The notes under the pieces: model-generated
What the model was told of the DNA's origin: nothing
What the model saw: the letters and a program-made list of their open reading frames with translations, nothing else
Databases searched by the model: none
Part shown: positions 1-8,501 of the stretch, piece after piece
Position numbering within the stretch: position 1 is the first letter of the stretch
Layout of the letters: each line of letters starts with the position of its first letter
Position numbers and translations under genes: made by a program
Assembly (NCBI GenBank): GCA_041674405.1
Contig: JBAYVT010000005.1
Span: 30,001-62,000 of the forward strand
DNA from: Patescibacteria group bacterium
GTDB taxonomy: Bacteria; Patescibacteriota; UBA1384; XYA2-FULL-43-10
Direction of reading: 5' to 3'
DNA length: 32,000 nucleotides

Positions 1-2391
1 AAAATCAAAACCCCAAAGGGGTCCCTTCGGGATCACAAGTTTGATGATCCGACAGGTGCAGAAAAAACGCTCGAACTTGCCCATGCCTACCAGAGATATT
101 GTGATCTCATGATTCAGGCGGGAAATCTTGATTATGGGGATCAGATTTTCTTAAGCTACAAATTACTCTCGGAAAATAAAAAAGTTCTCGCCGAATGCCA
201 AACAAGATTTAGACATATTCTCGTTGATGAATATCAAGACACAAATCATGCTCAAAATGAGATTATAAAGCTGCTGGCATCCAAGGATAAAAATATTACG
301 GTCGTTGGTGATGACGATCAATCAATTTATCGTTTTCGCGGAGCCTCAATCTCAAACATTTTGGACTTTGCCGAAACTTACAAAAACACCACCCAAGTAG
401 TTCTAAATACAAATTATCGTTCAACTCAAGAAATTTTGGATTCATCATACAAACTCATACAAAACAACAATCCAGATCGCCTGGAAGTTAAGAATAAAAT
501 TAACAAACGTTTAATTTCTAAAACACACGGGGTAAGTCCAGAACTTTTGTTTTGTGATACACTTTCGTGTGAAGCTGATACCTTGGTCAAAAAAATTACT
601 AATCTTAAAGCCCAAGAAGGTTATAAATATAATGATTTTGCTATTTTAGTTCGCGCCAATAATCAAGCAGAGCCATTTATTCAATCTCTGAACATGTCGG
701 GGATTCCCTACATGTTTTCCGGTGCATCCGGGCTGTTTGAGCAGCCAGAGATCAAAATGCTCGTCTCATTTCTGAAATGTCTAGTTTACACTGATGACAA
801 TCTTGCATTTTATCAGCTTGCCACCAGTGAATTATATGGAATCTCACATGACTCAATTGCCGATTTTTACACTTTGGCAAAGAGGGGAAACAGATATTTA
901 AAATCACTCATTAAATCATATATAAGTAAGCCAGCTGAGCTCAATTTTGGCGAATCCGAGAGAGATAAATTAGTAGAATTGATTTACGATATTGACAATT
1001 TTGCCAATCGTAAAAATGATCCTGTGGGCGAAGTTTTATATGAATATTTAACAGAAAAAAAATATCTAAAGAAGCTGAGTAAAAATCCAAGCGTTGAGGA
1101 CGAGCTTAAAATACATAATATTGCCAAATTTTTTGATCGAATCTCCGAATTCAATCATTCATCAAACGAGAGGGGAGTGCTGAAATTTTTGGAAAACCTC
1201 GAATTGATTCTTGAGGTTGGAGACGAGGTCATTTCTTCTGACATTGATCCCGATATTGATGCGGTTAATATTTTAACCGCACATGCCGCTAAAGGATTGG
1301 AGTGGCCAGTGGTTTTCATTGTAAATTGCGTTGCCGACCGATTTCCATCTCGCAACAAGCGCGATCCACTACCGATACCCGAGGATCTTATTCACGAACA
1401 TCTACCGGAAGGCGATTTTCACCTCGAAGAAGAACGAAGGCTGTTTTATGTTGCTGCAACAAGAGCTAAAGAATATCTCTACCTCACAGCCGGCGAGGAT
1501 TATGGCGGCAAAAGAGCAAAAAAATTATCCCAATTTGCACTCGAACTTCTTGATGAACCAAATTCGGGAAAATTAAAAAACAAACTTAAACCGTTGGAAA
1601 AAATTGAACGATTCAAAAAGTTGGAGTTAAATCACGCTAAATTACCCAATAAATTTAAATCTGAAATTATTAAACTTTCTCGTCAGCAAATTGACGACTA
1701 TTACTCTTGTCCAAAGAAATTTTATTATGCCCACATTATTAAAATACCACTTTTGGAAAATCACTATTTAATGTACGGCACAGCGGTTCATGCCGCACTC
1801 GACCATTATTTCAGCCGCAAAATTTCAGGAGAAAACCCGACGCTCTCACAGCTTCTCGAAGATTATAATCAGGCATTCCGCAATGTCGGCTTCATAACTC
1901 GCGAACAGGAAGAACTGCGTAAGAAGCAGGGGATAGAGACGCTTTCCAAATTCTACGATGAAGATCGAGCGGAGAATTTGATCCCGACCGAGGTTGAAAA
2001 GATTTTTGAGTTTTGCGAAAACAATGTCAAAATAAATGGACGCTATGACCTTGTTTATAGAACAGGTGATAATGCCGAAATCCGCGATTTCAAGACCTCG
2101 AGTGTCCTTACACAGAAAGACGCCGATCGCAGAATCAAAGATTCTACCCAGATGATGATTTATGCCTTGGCTTGGTATGAAAAATATAAAACCATCCCAA
2201 AAACAACTCTTCACTTCATCGAATCAGGGCTGAAAGGAGAAATATTCTTCAAAGAAGCGGATCTTACAAAAACCAAGGACATGATTTTTGATGTTGCCGA
2301 CGGAATCCGCAAGAATATCATGAACGCCAAGCCTGATTATAACAACTGCAAAAACTGCCCCTATAAGGATATCTGTCCGGATGCGATTTGA
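1..2391 (+). CDS. SF1 (UvrD/PcrA/AddA-type) helicase fused to a C-terminal PD-(D/E)XK nuclease domain with a 4-Cys cluster (AddB/Cas4-like). The 5' end is cut by the window edge.
   Basis: The frame is open from base 1, with no stop before the listed Met at 109. Helicase motifs: ILVDEYQDTN (II), VVGDDDQSIYRFRGA (III), NTNYRS (IV), TAHAAKGLEWPVVF and LFYVAATRAKEYLYL (VI). C-terminal nuclease-like signature: CPKKFYY ... GTAVHAALD ... GRYDLVY ... IRDFKTS ... QMMIYALA ... CKNCPYKDIC. TGA stop. Confidence 0.8.
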   Translation, partial: KIKTPKGSLRDHKFDDPTGAEKTLELAHAYQRYCDLMIQAGNLDYGDQIFLSYKLLSENKKVLAECQTRFRHILVDEYQDTNHAQNEIIKLLASKDKNITVVGDDDQSIYRFRGASISNILDFAETYKNTTQVVLNTNYRSTQEILDSSYKLIQNNNPDRLEVKNKINKRLISKTHGVSPELLFCDTLSCEADTLVKKITNLKAQEGYKYNDFAILVRANNQAEPFIQSLNMSGIPYMFSGASGLFEQPEIKMLVSFLKCLVYTDDNLAFYQLATSELYGISHDSIADFYTLAKRGNRYLKSLIKSYISKPAELNFGESERDKLVELIYDIDNFANRKNDPVGEVLYEYLTEKKYLKKLSKNPSVEDELKIHNIAKFFDRISEFNHSSNERGVLKFLENLELILEVGDEVISSDIDPDIDAVNILTAHAAKGLEWPVVFIVNCVADRFPSRNKRDPLPIPEDLIHEHLPEGDFHLEEERRLFYVAATRAKEYLYLTAGEDYGGKRAKKLSQFALELLDEPNSGKLKNKLKPLEKIERFKKLELNHAKLPNKFKSEIIKLSRQQIDDYYSCPKKFYYAHIIKIPLLENHYLMYGTAVHAALDHYFSRKISGENPTLSQLLEDYNQAFRNVGFITREQEELRKKQGIETLSKFYDEDRAENLIPTEVEKIFEFCENNVKINGRYDLVYRTGDNAEIRDFKTSSVLTQKDADRRIKDSTQMMIYALAWYEKYKTIPKTTLHFIESGLKGEIFFKEADLTKTKDMIFDVADGIRKNIMNAKPDYNNCKNCPYKDICPDAI

Positions 2392-2512
2392 CTTTAAATA
2401 CTTTATGGACTTGACGAACTTCATAGACTTTTGACTATTATGTGTTTGGTATTTGTTCGGGATTATTTATCTGATATAATTACTTTGTTTGTAATTAAAT
2501 TCCGAAGGAAAT

Positions 2513-3658
2513 ATGACCAACACAATCTTAATAATCATAGCCGTATTTCTTGCCGCAATAATTGGTACCGTTATTGCTAATGTTTTGATTAGAAAACGCA
2601 ATTCTATACACGATTCAAGCCTTGACGATAGAATATCCAGGCTGGCAAATGAAGCACTCGACATGAATTCCAAAAGGCTTATCGAATTATCAAAAGAAAT
2701 GCTCAATGCTGAAAAAAATGAGATCAAAACCGACCTTGAGGGCAAAAAATCGGCCATTTCAAGCCTAATCGATGAAATTCGCAAAGATATCCGCAAGAAC
2801 GAAGAACGGATTACAAAAAGCGATGATGAACGTTTAAGATCATTTTCCGCACTGCAGAACGAGCTTAAGTCTTATAAAGAAATTACTGGAGACCTGAAGC
2901 TTTCAACCGACAAACTAAAGGAGCTCCTATCCAACAACCAGATGAGGGGAGCTTTCGGCGAACAAGTTGCCGAAGATCTCTTAAAGATGGCTGGGTTTGT
3001 GATTGGGCAAAGCTATACTCGCAATGAAACACAAAAAACGGAATCTACCCGGCCGGATTTTACGATATTATTGCCTGATAAAACAAAAATTAATATCGAT
3101 GCCAAGTTTCCGTATAATTCACTTGTTAAATACGTTGAGGCGCAGTCCAAAACCGAGAAAGAACGCTTTATGCGGGATTTCAAACAGGATGTCAAAAATA
3201 AAATTAAACAAGTATGCACGCGTGACTACATCAACCCCGCAGAAAAAACAGTTGATTTTGTCATTCTTTTTATTCCCAACGAAATGATATTTTCATTAAT
3301 ATATGACAAGATGAACGATGTTTGGGAAGAGGCAATGAGGAAAAAGGTCGTGCTAGCCGGGCCATTCAGCTTTACGGCAATTTTGCGTATGGTGAAGCAA
3401 GCATATCAAAATTTTCAATATCAAGAGAATCTGCAACATATTATCGGTTTAATTCAACAATTCGACAGCGAATATCAAAAATATTCGGCTGCCGTGGATA
3501 CACTGGGCGATCGCATATCTTCGACCTCAAGGCAATTTGATTTAGTAGCAAATACACGGGATAAAAAATTATCAAGCGTAGTCGATAAAATTAAAAGCCA
3601 TAATATCATCGAGGCAGGGGATACAGATATTAAGAAAATAGCTTCCGATGAAGAATAA
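2513..3658 (+). CDS. rmuC: DNA recombination protein RmuC
   Basis: N-terminal TM helix (ILIIIAVFLAAIIGTVIANVLI), a long coiled-coil, then the RmuC-type core (MRGAFGEQVAEDLL ... RPDFTILLPD ... INIDAKFP ... DFVILFIPNE). RBS gaagga lies 4 nt before the ATG. Confidence 0.85.
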   Translation: MTNTILIIIAVFLAAIIGTVIANVLIRKRNSIHDSSLDDRISRLANEALDMNSKRLIELSKEMLNAEKNEIKTDLEGKKSAISSLIDEIRKDIRKNEERITKSDDERLRSFSALQNELKSYKEITGDLKLSTDKLKELLSNNQMRGAFGEQVAEDLLKMAGFVIGQSYTRNETQKTESTRPDFTILLPDKTKINIDAKFPYNSLVKYVEAQSKTEKERFMRDFKQDVKNKIKQVCTRDYINPAEKTVDFVILFIPNEMIFSLIYDKMNDVWEEAMRKKVVLAGPFSFTAILRMVKQAYQNFQYQENLQHIIGLIQQFDSEYQKYSAAVDTLGDRISSTSRQFDLVANTRDKKLSSVVDKIKSHNIIEAGDTDIKKIASDEE

Positions 3659-4610
3659 AGTTTTTATCAATTTTGATAATTCTCATAGCAAAAGGGCTGA
3701 TGCTTTTCTTGCTGACAAGTACCCGGAATACTCACGGGCTTATTTTCAGAATCTTATTACATCGGGAAAAGTATTTGTCAATGGTGAACAAATTAAACCA
3801 AGCCACAAACTGATTTCTAGCGATCTAATAGAAATCGATTTTATTGAATCCAGTGCTGAATATGACCTAAAACCGGCTGATATTAAGCTCGACATTTTAT
3901 TTGAGAATGATGACGTGATCGTGATAAATAAACAGCCCGGCCTCGTGGTCCATCCTGCCGCCGGAAATAAAGAAGGAACTCTGGTTAATGCGCTTATTTA
4001 TCATTTTCCTATGATCAAAAAGGCTGTATATGACAAGAATTCTGAAGTTTCGAAGATACGCCCAGGGCTCGTTCATCGGCTAGACAAGGACACTTCGGGA
4101 GTTTTGATTGTTGCAAAAAATACGAAAGCAATGCATTCGCTTTCACGGCAAATCCAAAACAGAAATGTTGTAAAGAAGTACTGGGCACTATGTTTTGGTT
4201 GGCCGAAAAACGAAAAAGGAGTGCTCATAAATTATCTCGGGCGACACCCCAAAAACAGAAAGCTCATTGCTGATGTAGGGGAGACCAAAGGCAAACAAGC
4301 CATATCTAATTTTTGTCTGATACATTCTTATAGGCACCTAAAGGAACAAATCTCTCTGATTGAATTTGATATCAAAACTGGCCGAACCCACCAAATCCGG
4401 GTGCAAGCGAAGGAAATGGGTAACCCCGTGATGGGAGACGCAGTCTATGGAAACAAAAGTAGTATTACTTTATCACACGAATTAAATATTCAACGCCAAA
4501 TGCTCCATGCAAAAGAGCTTTCAATTACATTGCCCGGTGATGCTAAGGCCAGGACCTTCTCCGCTCCAATTCCAGACGACTTCCAGTCTGTAATTGATAA
4601 ATTGAGCTAA
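3648..4610 (+). CDS. rluD: 23S rRNA pseudouridine synthase, RluA/RluD family, with an N-terminal S4-like domain
   Basis: Catalytic motif HRLDKDTSGVLIVAKN; also GRTHQIRVQ and QMLHA motifs. The start overlaps the rmuC stop by 11 nt, suggesting translational coupling. Confidence 0.85.
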   Translation: MKNKVFINFDNSHSKRADAFLADKYPEYSRAYFQNLITSGKVFVNGEQIKPSHKLISSDLIEIDFIESSAEYDLKPADIKLDILFENDDVIVINKQPGLVVHPAAGNKEGTLVNALIYHFPMIKKAVYDKNSEVSKIRPGLVHRLDKDTSGVLIVAKNTKAMHSLSRQIQNRNVVKKYWALCFGWPKNEKGVLINYLGRHPKNRKLIADVGETKGKQAISNFCLIHSYRHLKEQISLIEFDIKTGRTHQIRVQAKEMGNPVMGDAVYGNKSSITLSHELNIQRQMLHAKELSITLPGDAKARTFSAPIPDDFQSVIDKLS

Positions 4611-4691
4611 TATCATATTTTTTCATACTCTATTTGACCGCCAAAAAGGTATATGCTATCCTTTTGTTATCTAATCAAGAAAGGATTTTTT

Positions 4692-5324
4692 ATGAATCGA
4701 GAAAGAATTACGATCTCAATAAAAGAAGATATTCTTAAAGCGATTGATAAGAGAATTGATGGCGTCAGGCTTCGAAACCGATCTCATGCAATCGAATCCC
4801 TAATCTCAGATATTTTGGGCCTTGATACAATATCGGATGCAATTATTTTGGCCGGTGGAGATAAACCGGAAAAATCACTGCCTGCAATAAAAGATTCATT
4901 ACTGCGATTGAAAAAAATTGGGCTCAAAGATGTAATTATTGCAATTGGGTATCAAGGAGAAAAAGTAAAAGCCGAACTAAAAGATGGCAAGGATTTCGGT
5001 CTGAAATTAACATATCTTGATAAAGGTGAAGGTACCGGTGGAGCTATTTTGCCCCTAAAGCCTGCTATAAAAAAGAATTTTATTGTTATTAACCTAAAAA
5101 ATAAAATGGAGCTAGATTACAAGATGTTCCTTGATTTCCACAAAGCCGGAAATTCATCGGTAACCATCGCCACAAATGACATCAAATCTTTTGAGGGGGT
5201 TTATCTTCTCGAACCCGAAATATTTTCATATATTCCAAAGGGATTTTCCATGCTCGAAGAAGATATTTTCCCTAAGATTTTAAGGGAAGGTAAACTTTCT
5301 ATTTATCCAGTGATAGGAAACTAG
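4692..5324 (+). CDS. Ribbon-helix-helix (CopG-like) domain fused to a sugar-phosphate nucleotidyltransferase-like domain whose signature is degenerate
   Basis: I chose the start at the internal ATG 4692, which is preceded by aaagga; the listed ORF starts at 4653. N-terminus RITISIKEDILKAIDKRI ... RNRSHAIESLI looks RHH-like. It is followed by ILAGGDKPEKSL ... IAIGYQGEKV ... GEGTGGAI, which resembles the NTP-transferase fold but lacks the usual GxGTRL loop. Confidence 0.5.
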   Translation: MNRERITISIKEDILKAIDKRIDGVRLRNRSHAIESLISDILGLDTISDAIILAGGDKPEKSLPAIKDSLLRLKKIGLKDVIIAIGYQGEKVKAELKDGKDFGLKLTYLDKGEGTGGAILPLKPAIKKNFIVINLKNKMELDYKMFLDFHKAGNSSVTIATNDIKSFEGVYLLEPEIFSYIPKGFSMLEEDIFPKILREGKLSIYPVIGN

Positions 5325-5340
5325 TACTTCAAACTAGTTA

Positions 5341-5369
5341 TTGATTCAATTTTAGCAATAAGGTAAAAT
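5341..5369 (+). promoter_or_regulatory. Candidate sigma-70-type promoter for secDF (TTGATT-17 nt-TAAAAT)
   Basis: ttgatt at 5341-5346, a 17-nt spacer, taaaat at 5364-5369. The predicted transcription start would fall within a few nt of the secD ATG (5377), which implies a very short or absent leader. Confidence 0.4.
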
Positions 5370-5376
5370 ATTTTTG

Positions 5377-6672
5377 ATGAGAAAAAATCTTTGGATTATC
5401 TTCGGGTTTATTATCGCATTAACTGCTCTGGCAGTTTTTATTGATATTCCAAAAAGCGCACTTTCGGGTGAAAAAGTTAAAGCTCTCCTTGGCTTGGATT
5501 TGCAAGGCGGCACGGAGCTAATTTATCAGGCTGACCTATCACAATCTACAAACAAGACTACCGACCTTACGAATTTAAAAAATGTCTTTCGCAATCGAAT
5601 TGACCGCCTCGGAGTAGGAGAGCCCACAATTCAGACCACCGGAACCGACCGGATTCTTATTGAACTTCCAGGAATAAGAAATATTGACGAAGCCGTCCAA
5701 AAAATCGGCGAGACTTACGAATTGGTGTTTATGACCCAGTCAACTGCTGAAGAAGGAGGCCTTCAACTCCAAGCTTATTCCGAAGACTATACTTATCCCG
5801 GATATTGGAAAGCTACCGATTTAACCGGCCGTAATCTTATTGCCTCTAAGACGGATGCTACTTTTCAAAATTCTCAAAGCTCTGTTCAGTCCGAGCCGGT
5901 TGTGTCATTAACATTTGATAGTGCGGGCAAAGAAAAATTTGCCAAACTAACAAAAGAGAATTTAAATAAGCAAATTGCTATAGTCCTAGACAATCGTATA
6001 ATTTCTGCCCCAAATGTCCAAGTAGAAATTACCGACGGACAGGCAATAATTACCGGCCAAAAAGACATCAAGGAAGCACAGGAGCTTGCTAGCCGATTAA
6101 AAGAAGGTTCACTCCCAATCTCTGCTCAACTCGTCGCCCAGAAAAACATTGGTGCATCCCTAGGGGAAGGCAGCTTGAAAAAAAGCATTGTTGCCGCAAT
6201 AATCGGTTTTTTGGTTCTGACACTCTTTATGTTAATTTATTACAAATTTCCCGGACTTTTGGCAATTGTCGCCTTGGCAATTTATGCCACCCTGTCGATG
6301 GCCTTGTTTAAAATTATTCCGGTAACATTGAGCCTTGCGGGTATTGCCGGTTTTATTCTTTCAGTCGGTATGGCTGTTGATGCCAACATTTTGATTTTTG
6401 AAAGGATGAAGGAGGAACTAAAATCAGGTAAAGACAACAATCTGGCGATTCGCGACGGCTTTGTCCGCGCCTGGTCTTCGATCAGAGACTCAAACTTTTC
6501 TTCAATCATCACTTGTATTATCCTTTATGTATTTGGTTCCGGCTCGGTTCGCGGCTTTGCGCTCACTCTTTTAATTGGCGTTATTGTCAGCATGTTTACC
6601 GCTGTTACCGTCACTAGAACATTTATGCTTTTAATTTCACAAACGAACGCAAGAAGGTGGCTAAATGTTTAA
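5377..6672 (+). CDS. secD: Protein translocase subunit SecD
   Basis: N-terminal TM, a large periplasmic-type domain (LGLDLQGGTELIYQ, DRLGVGEPTIQ, IAIVLDNRIISAPNV), and a C-terminal 5-TM bundle (GMAVDANILIFERMKEE). An alternative TTG start lies at 5374. Confidence 0.9.
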   Translation: MRKNLWIIFGFIIALTALAVFIDIPKSALSGEKVKALLGLDLQGGTELIYQADLSQSTNKTTDLTNLKNVFRNRIDRLGVGEPTIQTTGTDRILIELPGIRNIDEAVQKIGETYELVFMTQSTAEEGGLQLQAYSEDYTYPGYWKATDLTGRNLIASKTDATFQNSQSSVQSEPVVSLTFDSAGKEKFAKLTKENLNKQIAIVLDNRIISAPNVQVEITDGQAIITGQKDIKEAQELASRLKEGSLPISAQLVAQKNIGASLGEGSLKKSIVAAIIGFLVLTLFMLIYYKFPGLLAIVALAIYATLSMALFKIIPVTLSLAGIAGFILSVGMAVDANILIFERMKEELKSGKDNNLAIRDGFVRAWSSIRDSNFSSIITCIILYVFGSGSVRGFALTLLIGVIVSMFTAVTVTRTFMLLISQTNARRWLNV

Positions 6673-7558
6673 AATTATTAGAGATAGAAAACTTTGGTAT
6701 ATAATTTCCGGGCTGATGATTGTTTTAGCCATCATTTTTTTGTTTGTTTTTAAACTGCGTGTCGGCATTGATTTTACCGGTGGTTCGATTGCAGTATTCA
6801 AAACAAACGACCCGTCAGCGGAAAATTTGATCGCCGAGGAATACAAAGCTGCTGGAATTGATTCCCCACAAATTGCAAAAAGCGGAGATAATGAAATTAC
6901 TGTCAAGGCGCCAGCAATGGAGCAGGGGACAGAATCAAACATTTTGTCTAAATTACAAACGAAAATTTCTGACATTCAAGAGACTAGCTTCGATACTATT
7001 GGACCAACAATTGGCCGAGATCTAACAAACAAGGCGGTCCTGGCAGTTATTTTTGCCTCTTTGGGTATCATTTTCTACATCGCTTACGCCTTCAGAAGAT
7101 TGCCAAAGCCACTAAGCCCCTGGAAGTTCGGCGTTCTCGCTGTTTTGGCAATTATTCATGACCTTTTAATTACCGTCGGAATTTTTGCTTTGATAGGACA
7201 CTTTTTTACATGGATGCAGGTCGACTCGTTGTTTATTACTGCCCTCCTTACAGTGATGGGCTTTTCTGTTCATGACACTATTGTTATCTATGACAGATTG
7301 CGAGAGAATTTTATTAAAAATCCACACGAATCTTTTGGTTTAATTGCCGAGAAATCTGTTAATCAAACTCTGGCGCGGTCGATCAATACTTCACTCACAG
7401 CAATCCTGGTCCTTCTGGCACTATTTTTGCTTGGGGCCGAATCAGTCCGCCATTTGGTGCTTACGCTCTTGATCGGAATGTTCATTGGAACATATTCCTC
7501 GATTTTCGTTGCCGCCCCACTTGCAGTTTCGTGGCACAAAGTTAACCAAGAAAGTTAA
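6665..7558 (+). CDS. secF: Protein translocase subunit SecF
   Basis: GIDFTGGS motif and the SecF TM core (GFSVHDTIVIYDRLREN). The start overlaps the secD stop by 8 nt. Confidence 0.9.
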   Translation: MFKIIRDRKLWYIISGLMIVLAIIFLFVFKLRVGIDFTGGSIAVFKTNDPSAENLIAEEYKAAGIDSPQIAKSGDNEITVKAPAMEQGTESNILSKLQTKISDIQETSFDTIGPTIGRDLTNKAVLAVIFASLGIIFYIAYAFRRLPKPLSPWKFGVLAVLAIIHDLLITVGIFALIGHFFTWMQVDSLFITALLTVMGFSVHDTIVIYDRLRENFIKNPHESFGLIAEKSVNQTLARSINTSLTAILVLLALFLLGAESVRHLVLTLLIGMFIGTYSSIFVAAPLAVSWHKVNQES

Positions 7559-7648
7559 TCTCAGTATCCCAAAATAGGGGAGTGGTGAAGAAAATCGAGC
7601 AAAATATATTATTATTTATTTTTCGTAAGTTTTTGCACCTGCCGATGA

Positions 7649-7672
7649 AATATATTAGGAAATATATTAGGA
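7649..7672. repeat. Perfect tandem duplication of the 12-mer aatatattagga
   Basis: aatatattagga occurs at 7649-7660 and again at 7661-7672, about 30 nt upstream of the next start codon. Confidence 0.8.
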
Positions 7673-7703
7673 AAAATATTTTGTAAAATATTTGCGGAGA
7701 AAA

Positions 7704-8063
7704 ATGTACTTAATAATTCTTGGTTTAATTCTTGGTCTCGTATTCGGAGCATTCCTCAAAATTGATATTCCGACCGAATATGCCAGATATACTGCTGTAG
7801 CAATTCTCGGAATGCTTGATTCTGTTTTCGGTGCTATTCGCGCTCAGGTGGAAGGAAAATACGATACAATTATTTTTATTACTGGCCTTGCTTTCAATAT
7901 GGCTATGGCTGTCCTTATTACATACTTCGGTGACAAGCTCAATCTTGATCTCTACCTGGCAATACTTATTGCCTTTACGATTCGCATTTTCCTAAACCTT
8001 GGCATTATTAGAACTACCACAATAGACCATTGGCGCGCAAGCAAGCGAAACAAGAGCGAATAA
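7704..8063 (+). CDS. Small membrane protein resembling the Bacillus Sbp / DUF1290 'small basic protein' family
   Basis: Start taken at ATG 7704, preceded by ggag plus 4 nt; the listed ORF begins at a TTG at 7692. The sequence MYLIILGLILGLVFGAFL ... YTAVAILGMLDSVFGAIRA ... matches my recollection of DUF1290. I cannot confirm this without a search. Confidence 0.55.
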   Translation: MYLIILGLILGLVFGAFLKIDIPTEYARYTAVAILGMLDSVFGAIRAQVEGKYDTIIFITGLAFNMAMAVLITYFGDKLNLDLYLAILIAFTIRIFLNLGIIRTTTIDHWRASKRNKSE

Positions 8064-8182
8064 GGTATAATTTACCATCATTAATCTATTAATTCATCCT
8101 GGGGCATTCTAGGGGTTTTTGATCGTATTTTGTGCTTTTTTTGAGGCATGAATAGGGTAGATTTGAAGCTAAAAAGTATATT

Positions 8183-8215
8183 ACGACGCATTATGTATGT
8201 TATGCGTCGTTTATT
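8183..8215 (+). terminator. Candidate intrinsic terminator downstream of the DUF1290-like gene
   Basis: A 9-bp perfect stem, acgacgcat (8183-8191) with atgcgtcgt (8202-8210), a 10-nt loop, then ttatt. Confidence 0.45.
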
Positions 8216-8425
8216 GAAATTTAATCCAATCCGTTTAAGTGCACCGCGAATTTCAATAATTAAAAATATTTCATAAAAACTACAAAAAAAACTTGAAAAA
8301 ATTCAGCAATCTATTTTCCCTTTTATATTTCAATTTTCTTTTTCCGGAAGGAAAACATTTCGGTCAAGAATAAATAAAAAAATATCCGTCGATTTTGAGC
8401 ACTCCCCCGCCATTACCTAAAAAAT

Positions 8426-8449
8426 TAAAAAACGCCATTTTTCAGGCGC
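8426..8449 (-). terminator. Weak candidate terminator for the 1053-aa ATPase gene
   Basis: On the minus strand: gcgcc-tgaaaaat-ggcgt followed by tttttt. The stem is short. Confidence 0.3.
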
Positions 8450-8501
8450 TACCACTTTGGGCTATTCAAAGAACTAAGGACTACAAACTACAAACTGAGA
8501 A

